A stretch of 64,000 bases of DNA from an uncultured delta proteobacterium (GTDB lineage: Bacteria > Myxococcota > Myxococcia > Myxococcales > Myxococcaceae). Shown piece by piece: positions 52,245 through 61,607 of the stretch (position 1 is its first letter; each line of letters begins with the position of its first letter). Location: the NCBI GenBank assembly GCA_963771175.1, contig CAVYSY010000024.1, positions 64,001 through 128,000 of the forward strand, read 5' to 3'. A program made the translations under genes and the position numbers. Below the pieces are notes generated by a model that had not been told where the DNA came from, did not search any database, and saw nothing but the letters and a program-made list of their open reading frames with translations.

Positions 52245-55200
52245 ATGTCCTCCCCCCTTCGCCTCCTGGCCCTGTGCCTCGCGCTGGCCGGGCTCACGCT
52301 CGCCGGCTGCAAGAAGGAGAGCTGCCTCGGCAATGAAGATGGCTGCCGTGTCGTCAGCCCCTGCGAGAAGCTGAGCTACTCCTGTGAAGCCGCCTCCGGC
52401 TCGAAGCTGGAGCTCCGCACGCTCACCCCCGAGGATCGCCGCGCCGGCAGCCACGCCCCCGGCACCGGGGTCGATACCGTGCCCGGCGGTCTCAACGCCC
52501 TCGGCGCTCGCGGTGACATCCTCCTGGGCAACGAGCGGGCGGTGGCCGTCATCGCCGGCATCGGCAACAACAACCTGTTGGATCCCAACGGCGGCTCGCT
52601 GCTCGACCTGAGCGCCCGCGGCAAGGACAACGACGGCCTCAACCAGGTGCTCCAAGTGGTGGGCATCCTCCCCGGGGACGCCGTGCGCTACACCTCGGCC
52701 GAGCTCATCGACGAGCGCCCCACCCGCGTGGCGGTGCAGCTCCGCGGCACGCTCGACGGCAAGCCCGAGTTCCCCGTCCACACCGTCTACGAGATGCGCC
52801 CGTGCGAGCCGGGCATCCGCGTGCGCACGGAGATCCTCAACACCTCCGTGGATCCGCAGCTCTGGGCGCTGTCGGACGGCTTCTACTGGAGCGGCCGAGA
52901 GGCCCTGCCCTTCACTCCCTCGGCGGGCACGGGCTACCAGCACCCGTCCTTCAACCTGCTCACCATCGGTGACGCCTTCGGCCAGTTCCCCTACCTGACG
53001 GCCGCGATGGCCTCGCGACCCGGCCGCCAGCTACGCCGAGGTGGCGTGCGGTGAGGCGAACCTGCTCGAGGGCTTCCAGAGCGATCAGATCTCCTCCTCG
53101 GGCCTGCCGCGCACGGTGGTGCAGCCGCGCGACTACCTCGTCTACGAGCGCTTCCTCGCCGTGTCCGAGCGCGGGGACGTGGGCGCCGCCGCGGACCTGG
53201 CCCTGGAGGCCCGGCAGCAGCTCCATGGCGAGAAGTACGTGACGCTGCGCGGGACGGTGCAACGGCTCGGGGCGCCGCTCGGCGCGGGCCGTGAGGCCAG
53301 CGTCCTCATCAGCGAGGGTGAGCTCGCCGCCGACCCGAGCACCCGGATTCCCTGGACCCAGGTGACGCCGGACAAGGAGGGCCTCTTCCAGGCCCGCGTG
53401 CCCGCCGGCCGTAACTACGTGGTGGAGCTACACGCCTTCGGCCGCAAGGTGGCCGATCGGCAGCTCGACCAGGTGGATGCGGACACGGACGTGGGGACGC
53501 TCGCCGTGTCCTCTCACTCCCGGCTCACCGTGAGGGTGGTGGATTGGATCACCGGCGAGCCCCTCGATGCCGAGGTCTTCGTCGTCCCCGTGGACGACAT
53601 CACCCAGAAGAACACCGAGGGCACGCTGCACGGCCGCTTCGGCACCTGCGCGCCGTGGCTCGGTTCGCCCGCGGGCTCCTCGCCCGCCTGCAATCGCTTC
53701 CTCGTCGCACAACGGCACCGCCACCGTGGACGCCCCCATGGGCCGCTTCTACCTCTACGCTTTCAAGGGCCCCTTCTGGACGATCGACCGGGAGACCGTG
53801 ATGCTCGGCGCCAGCGACACCACCGTGGACCTCGTCCTGCACAAGCTGGCGCTCCAGCCCCTCGGTACCGTGGGCGCGGACCTGCACGTGCACGGCGCCG
53901 CCAGCTTCGACAGCTCCCTCCCCGACATGGACCGCGTGCTGTCCTTCGCCGCCACGGACCTGGAGGTCATCGTCTCCACCGACCACGACGTCATCTACGA
54001 CTACGGGCAGATCGTCCGCGCGCCTCGGCCTGCAGGACAAGATGAGCACCGTGGTGGGCCTGGAGACCACCGGTCACATCCTCTGGATGAAGCGCCCCGG
54101 CTCCACCCTTCCCCTCGTGGTGGGCCACTACAACTTCTGGCCGCTCGAGTACGACCCGACGAAGCCGCGCAACGGCGCCCCGTCGGACGAGCTCGTCGAG
54201 CCCGGTGAGCTCTTCGACCGCGTGAAGGCCAGCGCCCCGCGAGCCTGCGCGACCAGTTCCTCGTGCAGCTCAACCACCCGTGGGCGGATGCCGAGTTCGG
54301 CCGGGACCTCGGCTACCCGCGAGCGCTCGCGCTCAACGCGCTGAAGAACCTGCCCGCGACGGACGACGGCACCAACGCCGGCATGTACGTGCGCTCGCCC
54401 AAGGGCGGCTTCGCCAACAACGGCCAGCACGCCCAGGAGGTCATGAACGGCACGCAGAACGACATGCTGCTGCCCTACCGCGCCTTCTGGTTCTACGGGC
54501 TCAGCCAGGGCCAGCTCGTGACGGGCACCGCCAACAGCGACTCGCACAGCCTCACCGACAACACCGTGGGCCTGCCGCGCAACATCGTCTACGCGGACAC
54601 CAGGCCGGGCCCCGGGTTCGACACCGCCCGCTTCAACGCCGCCCTGAAGGCCGGCGCCTCGTTCGGCACCAACGGCCCCGTCATCGAGGCCACCGTGGAC
54701 ACCGCCACGCGGGCCCCAGCGCTACGGGCTCACCTCGCTCGTGCCCTCGGCGGACGCGAAGCTGCACCTCAAGGTCTCCGCCGCCCCCTGGGTGCCCGTG
54801 GAGGAGGTGCGCATCATCGTCAACGGCACCGTCGTGAAGACGCTGGACGCCTCGGCGCTCTCGCACCCGGCGGACCCGTTCGGCGCCGAGGGACTCGTGC
54901 GCTACGACGGGCACGCTCGCCCTCTCCGAGCTGGTCACCCGCTCCGGCGACGCGTGGCTCGTGGTGGAGGCCGGGCCGCCGCCTGCCGCTCGCCGCGGAC
55001 TTCGGTGGCCCCGGTGCCGACGCGCCGGACGGCATCCCCGATACCGGCGACAACAACGGCGACGGCGTGGTGGACCGCGACGACATCGCCAAGGACTCCA
55101 CGTACGGCCCGCTGAAGACGCCCGCGCCGCCCTCCAGCGAGGCGGACCCGCTGTTCCACTTCGCCCAGGTCGTCACCGGTGGCTACCCGATGGCCTTCAC

Positions 55201-55267
55201 CAACCCCTTCCTCCTCGACCGGAATGGCAACGGCCACTTCGATGCCCCCGGCGTGGCCGCTCCGTGA
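52245..55267 (+). CDS. Large lipoprotein with C-terminal PHP-like (CehA/McbA-type) metallohydrolase domain; multiple apparent frameshifts
   Basis: Lipobox LAGC; ADLHVH, STDHD, GHYN, LNHPW, ANSDSH, F.TNGP motifs across successive frames. Confidence 0.75.
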
Positions 55268-55287
55268 ATCGAGGGAACACCGTGAAC

Positions 55288-56112
55288 ATGTCCCGACTCT
55301 TCGTCGCGCTCGCCGCCCTGCTGCTCGTGCCCGCCTCCGCCCGCGCGGAAGGCGCGTGTGAGCAGTGGATCGCCCCCGCGCTCGCCGAGGGCCCCATCCC
55401 CTTCGGCTACCTGTCCGCCGATGTCGCCACCGGCCGCCGGGCCTGCCCTCGCACCGAGGCGGGCCTGGGCCTCCAGGGTGGAGCCATCGTGGAGACCGCC
55501 AACTTCTACGGTGCCATCACCGCCGCCGGACTCGTGTCCGGCAGCTACGCCGTGCGCCCGGACCTGGAGGTCTTCGCCACCCTGGAGGTCCCCCGCTTCC
55601 AGTTCGTCCAGAACGCCACCCTCACGGGAACCCGGCTGACGCTCGGACAGCTCACCGCCGGGGCCACGTACGTGGCGCTGACGCGTGGCGCGTTCGTGCT
55701 GTCCCCGAGCGTGCGGCTGCAGCTCCCCACGTCCTTCGCGAGCCCGCGCACGCGGACGCTGGGCGGGGAGCTCGGGGCCGCGGTGCTGTACCGCCCCACG
55801 GACCGCTTCGAGGTCCACGGGTACGCGGGCGCGGACGTGTCCGCGGGCCTGGGTGCCGCGGCCGCGATGCCGCGCGCCGGCTTCCTGGTGAACGTCGGCT
55901 CCGAGTACGCCCTCTGCAGCGGCTTCGCCGCCGTGCTCGATGCCAACGTCCACTTCGGGCACCGGGACGTGCTCGACTACGTGGCCCCGGCCATCGGGCT
56001 GCGGTTCCGCGCGGGCGAGCACTTCGGCGCGGAGCTGGGCGCGAGCCTCCCCCTGCTGGGCGCCGAGCGGGCGCTCGCCATCGGCGGGCTGAAGCTCTCG
56101 TACCGGATGTAA
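55288..56112 (+). CDS. Putative outer-membrane beta-barrel protein
   Basis: Signal peptide (ASARA), alternating amphipathic strands, C-terminus GGLKLSYRM. Confidence 0.65.
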   Translation: MSRLFVALAALLLVPASARAEGACEQWIAPALAEGPIPFGYLSADVATGRRACPRTEAGLGLQGGAIVETANFYGAITAAGLVSGSYAVRPDLEVFATLEVPRFQFVQNATLTGTRLTLGQLTAGATYVALTRGAFVLSPSVRLQLPTSFASPRTRTLGGELGAAVLYRPTDRFEVHGYAGADVSAGLGAAAAMPRAGFLVNVGSEYALCSGFAAVLDANVHFGHRDVLDYVAPAIGLRFRAGEHFGAELGASLPLLGAERALAIGGLKLSYRM

Positions 56113-56331
56113 CGGTGTGCGGGGGACGGAGTGCTCGCAGGAAGCACTCCCCTCCTCCGACCGGGAAGGCCCTGCCTCCCCCGTCCGGTAGCCCATGACA
56201 TCCACCGGCAGGGTGCACGGCGGTCAGGGCTGCATTAGCGCCAGACAAAAGCTGAACAGGTCAGCCTGCCCCCACTGCGAGTAGAGGCTCGACCCTCCCC
56301 ACACAAACGTTTGCTGGAGACTTGCTGGCAG

Positions 56332-56382
56332 GCAATTCCTCGCATAGTCCCACGAGGAATTCCCGTGACCGGATTCGTGTCA
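56332..56382 (+). promoter_or_regulatory. Conserved upstream element of kinase paralog 2 (includes TGAC-N9-GTCA)
   Basis: gcaattcctcgcatagtcccacgaggaattcccgtgaccggattcgtgtca aligns without gaps to 58719-58769. Confidence 0.5.
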
Positions 56383-56436
56383 CACCTGTCCCGGCTGATA
56401 TGTCCATGGCAGGAAAAGCCAGGACGGCAAGTCTAC

Positions 56437-58671
56437 ATGCAACCTCATTCCAGTCCCCGAGCCCCCCTGGCCCGATCGACGCTCCTCAAGATGGGTGCGC
56501 GTGTCGGGGTCATCATCGCCCTCACCACCCTCATCAGCTATCTCCACATGCTGCACACCCTGCGCATCGAGGCTCTCGCGCAACTGGAGCATCATGTCTC
56601 GGAGCGCAGCCATGGCGAGCAGGCCCTCTTCGTGCTGGCGGAGGACAATCACGCCGTCCTCAAGAAGGCCCTGGAGGAGAGGATTCGAGCCCTCACCCTG
56701 GAGGAGGTCAACGCTCGCTTCGACCGCCTGTTCGTGCACCTGCCCGATGGCACGGTGCGCAACCGTCCCGAAAGCTTCGATGGCACCCGCATGCCGGGCA
56801 TCTTCGTCCCCAGGGGAGTGAGCCTGGACGCGGACCTGCGCCGCCGGATCCTGGCCTCGTATGACGTGCTCTCCCATTACGGGCCTGCCTTCCATACGCG
56901 CTTCACGGACACCTACGTCACGCTGCCGGAAGGGCCGCTCATCCTCTACTGGCCTGCTCGCCCCTCCTATACGCAGGACGCCGCGCCCGACTGGTCGCTC
57001 ATCACCATGCCGTACTTCCCCAGCAGCCGCCCCGAGAACAATCCGGAGAGGAAGACGGACTGGTCCCAGGTCTTCGTGGATGAGGTCGCCCAGAGTTCGC
57101 TGGTCACGGTCTCCACACCGCTGGACCTGGATGGCCGCCATGTCGCGACCCTCAGCCACGACGTCCTCCTCGAGCAGATGGTGGCCCGCACCGCCAACAA
57201 CCGGCTGCCCGGCGCTTACAACATCATCTTCCGCGACAACGGCGATCTCATCGCCCATCCCGAGCTGGTGACGACTGATGCCACCGGCGTCTACAACATC
57301 CTCGCCGACTCCGGGCCATCGGACGGCGCCATGCGGCTCGGTACCCCGGAGCAACAGGCCCACCTGCGAAACATCTTCGAACGGGTGAAGAACCGCTCGC
57401 CCAATCAGCGCGCGCTGGAGCTGGCGGAGCACGACGAGCACCTGGCCGTCGCACAGCTCCAGGGCCCCGGATGGAACTTCGTCACCGTGCTGCCCGAGAG
57501 CGAGGTATCCCGGCCCGCCTTCCAGGCCGCGCGTTACGTCCTGCTGCTCGGCGTGCTCTCGCTGCTGCTGGAGCTGGTCATCATGTACTGGGTGCTCCAG
57601 GAGCAGATCACCCGTCCGCTTCTCGCCCTGACCCGAGCCACCGACCGGGTGGCCGCTGGAGACTTCAAGGTCGAGCTCGACACCTCACGCAAGGACGAGC
57701 TGGGGCAGCTCGCCCAGTCCTTCCAGCTCATGACCGACAAGGTCCAGCATCGCGAGGAGGAGCTGCGCCAGGCCAACGAAGGATTGGAGCAGCGCGTCGA
57801 GGAGCGCACCCGCGAGCTCAAGGACGTCCATATCCAGCTCGTCAAGACGGCCCGGCAGGCCGGCATGGCGGAGATCGCCACCAACGTGCTGCACAACGTG
57901 GGCAACGTGCTCAACAGCGTCTACACCTCCGCCCAGGTCGCCAAGGAGCGCATCTCCGGCATGCGCCTGGAGCACGTGGGCCGCGTCGCCAACATGCTCC
58001 AAGAGCGCCAGAGCGACCTCTCCACCTTCATCACCGAGGACGAGCGGGGCCGCCACCTCATGCCCTTCCTCAGCAAGCTCGGACAGAACCTGGTGGATGA
58101 ACGCCAGGAAATCGTCTCGCTGCTCGATGACGTGGGCCGCTACACCGAGCACATCGGCGACATCGTCAAGGTGCAACAGAATTACGCCAAGGTTCCCCGA
58201 CTCCACGAAGCGGTCAATCTGGCCGACCTGGTGGAGGACGCCCTGCGCATCAACTCGGCCGGGCTCACCCGCCACCAGGTGAAGATTCAACGCCACCTGG
58301 CCTCCCTCCCCCAGGTGCTGACCGACAAGAACAAGCTGCTGATGATTCTGGTCAACCTGGTCAGCAACGCCAAGTACGCCATGGACGATGTGCCGGTCGC
58401 CGAGCGGATTCTGGACGTGAAGATGGAGCACCTGCCCACCGACCGCGTCCGCATCTCCATCCATGACGATGGCATGGGCATCGCACCGGAGATGCTCACG
58501 CGCATCTTCCAATATGGCTTTACCACCCGCGAGGAAGGACACGGCTTCGGCCTGCACTCCAGCGCCCTCGCCGCCCAGGAGTTGGGCGGCTCCCTGTCCG
58601 TCCACAGTGACGGGCCTGGCAAGGGCGCCACCTTCACGCTGGAAGTTCCCTTCTATCCGTCCAGCAAGTAG
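56437..58671 (+). CDS. Sensor histidine kinase paralog 2
   Basis: TM, Cache-like sensor, TM, HAMP, H-box EIATNVLHNVGN, NLVSNA, GHGFGL. Confidence 0.92.
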   Translation: MQPHSSPRAPLARSTLLKMGARVGVIIALTTLISYLHMLHTLRIEALAQLEHHVSERSHGEQALFVLAEDNHAVLKKALEERIRALTLEEVNARFDRLFVHLPDGTVRNRPESFDGTRMPGIFVPRGVSLDADLRRRILASYDVLSHYGPAFHTRFTDTYVTLPEGPLILYWPARPSYTQDAAPDWSLITMPYFPSSRPENNPERKTDWSQVFVDEVAQSSLVTVSTPLDLDGRHVATLSHDVLLEQMVARTANNRLPGAYNIIFRDNGDLIAHPELVTTDATGVYNILADSGPSDGAMRLGTPEQQAHLRNIFERVKNRSPNQRALELAEHDEHLAVAQLQGPGWNFVTVLPESEVSRPAFQAARYVLLLGVLSLLLELVIMYWVLQEQITRPLLALTRATDRVAAGDFKVELDTSRKDELGQLAQSFQLMTDKVQHREEELRQANEGLEQRVEERTRELKDVHIQLVKTARQAGMAEIATNVLHNVGNVLNSVYTSAQVAKERISGMRLEHVGRVANMLQERQSDLSTFITEDERGRHLMPFLSKLGQNLVDERQEIVSLLDDVGRYTEHIGDIVKVQQNYAKVPRLHEAVNLADLVEDALRINSAGLTRHQVKIQRHLASLPQVLTDKNKLLMILVNLVSNAKYAMDDVPVAERILDVKMEHLPTDRVRISIHDDGMGIAPEMLTRIFQYGFTTREEGHGFGLHSSALAAQELGGSLSVHSDGPGKGATFTLEVPFYPSSK

Positions 58672-58718
58672 AGCAAGCAGGCTCGCCATGCTAGGTTCCC
58701 CAGGAGGCCTCGTGACGA

Positions 58719-58769
58719 GCAATCCCTTGCATGCTCCCATGAGGAATTCCAATGACGGGTTCTATGTCA
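58719..58769 (+). promoter_or_regulatory. Conserved upstream element of kinase paralog 3 (includes TGAC-N9-GTCA)
   Basis: gcaatcccttgcatgctcccatgaggaattccaatgacgggttctatgtca, homologous to 56332-56382. Confidence 0.5.
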
Positions 58770-58869
58770 ATTGGGTCATCGTCGACCGACCGAGGGACAT
58801 GCACTGGCTTACGCAGGGGGCGCCAGACCCGCATGCCCGCGGACAGCGAAGCCATGTCGGCAAGTCGCC

Positions 58870-61095
58870 ATGCATCCTTCTTCCAGCCCAACAGCGCCCC
58901 TGGCCCGCTCGACACTCCTCAGGATGGGCGCGCGCGTTGGAGTCGTCATCGCGCTGACCACCCTCGTCAGCTACTTCCACATCCACCACTCCCTGCACGC
59001 CGAGGCCCTCGCGCGGTTGGAGCAGCACGCCACTGAGCGCGGCCAGCGAGAAGAAGCCATCTTCCTGCAGGCCGAGGACAATCACGTCGTCCTCAAGGAG
59101 GCCCTGGAGGAGAGAATCCGAGCCCTCTCCGAGGAGGAGATCAACTCCCGCTTCGACAAGCTGTTCGCGCGGCTACCGGACGGCACGATCCGCCGCCACC
59201 GCGAGGGCTTCGACGGCACGCGGATGGTGGGCCTCTTCGTGCCCAGGGGCGTGAAGGTGGACACCGACATGCGCCGCCGGATCCTGGCCTCGTATGACGT
59301 CCTCACCCAGTACGGGCCCGCCTTCCATGTCCGCTTCACCGATACCTTCATCACGCTGCCGGAAGGGCCGCTCATCCTCTACTGGCCCTCGCGCCCCACC
59401 TTGACCCTGGATTCCGCGCCCACGGAGTCGCTCATCGCCCAGGAGTACTTCCCCATCAGCCTCCCCGAGAACAACCCGGAGAGGAAGACGGCGTGGTCCG
59501 GCATCTACATGGATGAGTTCGTCAAGAGCTCGCTGGTCACGATCTCCACGCCGCTGGACCTGGACGGTCGCCATGTCGCGACGATCAGCCATGACGTCAC
59601 CATCGAGGAATTGATGGCGCGCACCGTCAACGACCACCTGCCCGGCGCCTACAACGTGCTCCTTCGCGACAATGGCGAGCTCATCGCCCATCCCTGGCTG
59701 AAGCTGAAGGGGGCCACCAGCAACGCCGCGCAGCCCGGGGTCTCCCCCGTGCAACTCGACACCCCGGAGCAGCAGGCCCACCTGCGAAGCCTCATCGAGC
59801 AGTTGAAGAACCGCTCGCCCGAGCAGCGCATGCTGGAGCTGCCGGAGTACGGTGAGTACCTCGCCGTCGTGCGGCTCCAGGGCCCAAGATGGAACTTCGT
59901 CACCGTGCTGCCCGAGAGCGAGGTATCCCGGCCCGCCTTCCAGGCCGCGCGCTACGTGCTCCTGCTGGGTGTGCTGTCCCTGCTGCTGGAGCTGGTCATC
60001 ATGTACTGGGTGCTCCAGGAGCAGATCACCCGTCCGCTTCTCGCCCTGACCCGAGCCACCGACCGGGTGGCCTCTAGTGACTTCAAGGTCGAGCTCGACA
60101 CCTCACGCAAGGACGAGCTGGGGCAGCTCGCCCAGGCCTTCCGGCTCATGGCCGACAAGGTCCAGCACCGCGAGGAGGAGCTGCGACAGGCCAATGACGG
60201 ACTGGAGCGGCGCGTCGAGGAGCGCACCCGCGAGCTCAAGGACGTCCATGAGCAGCTCGTCAAGACGGCTCGGCAGGCCGGCATGGCGGAGATCGCCACC
60301 AACGTGCTGCACAACGTGGGCAACGTGCTCAACAGCGTCTACACCTCCGCCCAGGTCGCCAAGGAGCGCATCTCCGGCATGCGCCTGGAGCACGTGGGCC
60401 GCGTCGCCAACATGCTCCAGGAGCGCCAGAGCGACCTCTCCACCTTCATCACCGAGGACGAGCGGGGCCGCCACCTCATGCCCTTCCTCAGCAAGCTCGG
60501 ACAGAACCTGGTGGATGAACGCCAGGAAATCGTCTCGCTGCTCGACGATGTGGGCCGCTACACCGAGCACATCGGCGACATCGTCAAGGTGCAACAGAAT
60601 TACGCCAAGGTTCCCCGACTCCACGAAGCGGTCAATCTGGCCGACCTGGTGGAGGACGCCCTGCGCATCAACTCGGCCGGGCTCACCCGCCACCAGGTGA
60701 AGATTCAACGCCACCTGGCCTCCCTCCCCCAGGTGCTGACCGACAAGAACAAGCTGCTGATGATTCTGGTCAACCTGGTCAGCAACGCCAAGTACGCCAT
60801 GGACGATGTGCCGGTCGCCGAGCGGATTCTGGACGTGAAGATGGAGCACCTGCCCACCGACCGCGTCCGCATCTCCATTCATGACAACGGCATGGGCATC
60901 GCACCGGAGATGCTCACGCGCATCTTCCAATATGGCTTTACCACCCGCGAGGATGGGCACGGCTTCGGCCTGCACTCCAGCGCCCTCGCCGCCCAGGAGT
61001 TGGGCGGCTCCCTGTCCGTCCACAGTGACGGGCCTGGCAAGGGCGCCACCTTCACGCTGGAAATTCCCTTCTACCCGGCCCAGGAGACGAAATGA
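58870..61095 (+). CDS. Sensor histidine kinase paralog 3
   Basis: Same architecture as paralog 2; the 3' 1.2 kb is nearly identical to it. Confidence 0.92.
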   Translation: MHPSSSPTAPLARSTLLRMGARVGVVIALTTLVSYFHIHHSLHAEALARLEQHATERGQREEAIFLQAEDNHVVLKEALEERIRALSEEEINSRFDKLFARLPDGTIRRHREGFDGTRMVGLFVPRGVKVDTDMRRRILASYDVLTQYGPAFHVRFTDTFITLPEGPLILYWPSRPTLTLDSAPTESLIAQEYFPISLPENNPERKTAWSGIYMDEFVKSSLVTISTPLDLDGRHVATISHDVTIEELMARTVNDHLPGAYNVLLRDNGELIAHPWLKLKGATSNAAQPGVSPVQLDTPEQQAHLRSLIEQLKNRSPEQRMLELPEYGEYLAVVRLQGPRWNFVTVLPESEVSRPAFQAARYVLLLGVLSLLLELVIMYWVLQEQITRPLLALTRATDRVASSDFKVELDTSRKDELGQLAQAFRLMADKVQHREEELRQANDGLERRVEERTRELKDVHEQLVKTARQAGMAEIATNVLHNVGNVLNSVYTSAQVAKERISGMRLEHVGRVANMLQERQSDLSTFITEDERGRHLMPFLSKLGQNLVDERQEIVSLLDDVGRYTEHIGDIVKVQQNYAKVPRLHEAVNLADLVEDALRINSAGLTRHQVKIQRHLASLPQVLTDKNKLLMILVNLVSNAKYAMDDVPVAERILDVKMEHLPTDRVRISIHDNGMGIAPEMLTRIFQYGFTTREDGHGFGLHSSALAAQELGGSLSVHSDGPGKGATFTLEIPFYPAQETK

Positions 61096-61607
61096 GCAAC
61101 TGTGACAACAAGAGGCGGATCCTCGTCATCGACGATTCCGAGGCCATCCACACGGACTTCCGCCGGATCCTCTGCTCGGAGCAGCGCAAGGGTCAGGACG
61201 ATCTCGACCTGTTGGAAGAGGCGCTCTTCGGCACGGCTCCCTCTCGCGGCGATTCCTCCAACGATCCGGAGTTCGAAGTGGATTCGGCATTCCAGGGACA
61301 GGAGGGGCTTACCAAGGTCCGGGCGGCCCTGGAGACGGGCCAGACCTACTCCCTGGTCTTCCTCGACTACCGGATGCCGCCCGGCTGGAACGGCGCCGAG
61401 ACCCTACGGCGCCTGCGGCAGGTGGCTCCCTCGCTGCGGGTGGTGCTCTGCTCGGCCTACTCCGACTACTCCTGGGAGTCGATGCTCAAGGAGTTCGGCC
61501 AGTCCCAGTTGCTGAAGGAGCTGCGAAAGCCTTTCAACGGCCAGGAAGTGCGCCAGTTGGTGCACAACCTCACCGCGCAGCAGGGCGGCTCTCACGCGCC
61601 GGCGTGA
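61092..61607 (+). CDS. Single-domain response regulator
   Basis: ILVIDD, acidic insert, FLDYRMPPGWNG, SAYS, KPF; ATGA overlap with kinase 3. Confidence 0.88.
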   Translation: MSNCDNKRRILVIDDSEAIHTDFRRILCSEQRKGQDDLDLLEEALFGTAPSRGDSSNDPEFEVDSAFQGQEGLTKVRAALETGQTYSLVFLDYRMPPGWNGAETLRRLRQVAPSLRVVLCSAYSDYSWESMLKEFGQSQLLKELRKPFNGQEVRQLVHNLTAQQGGSHAPA

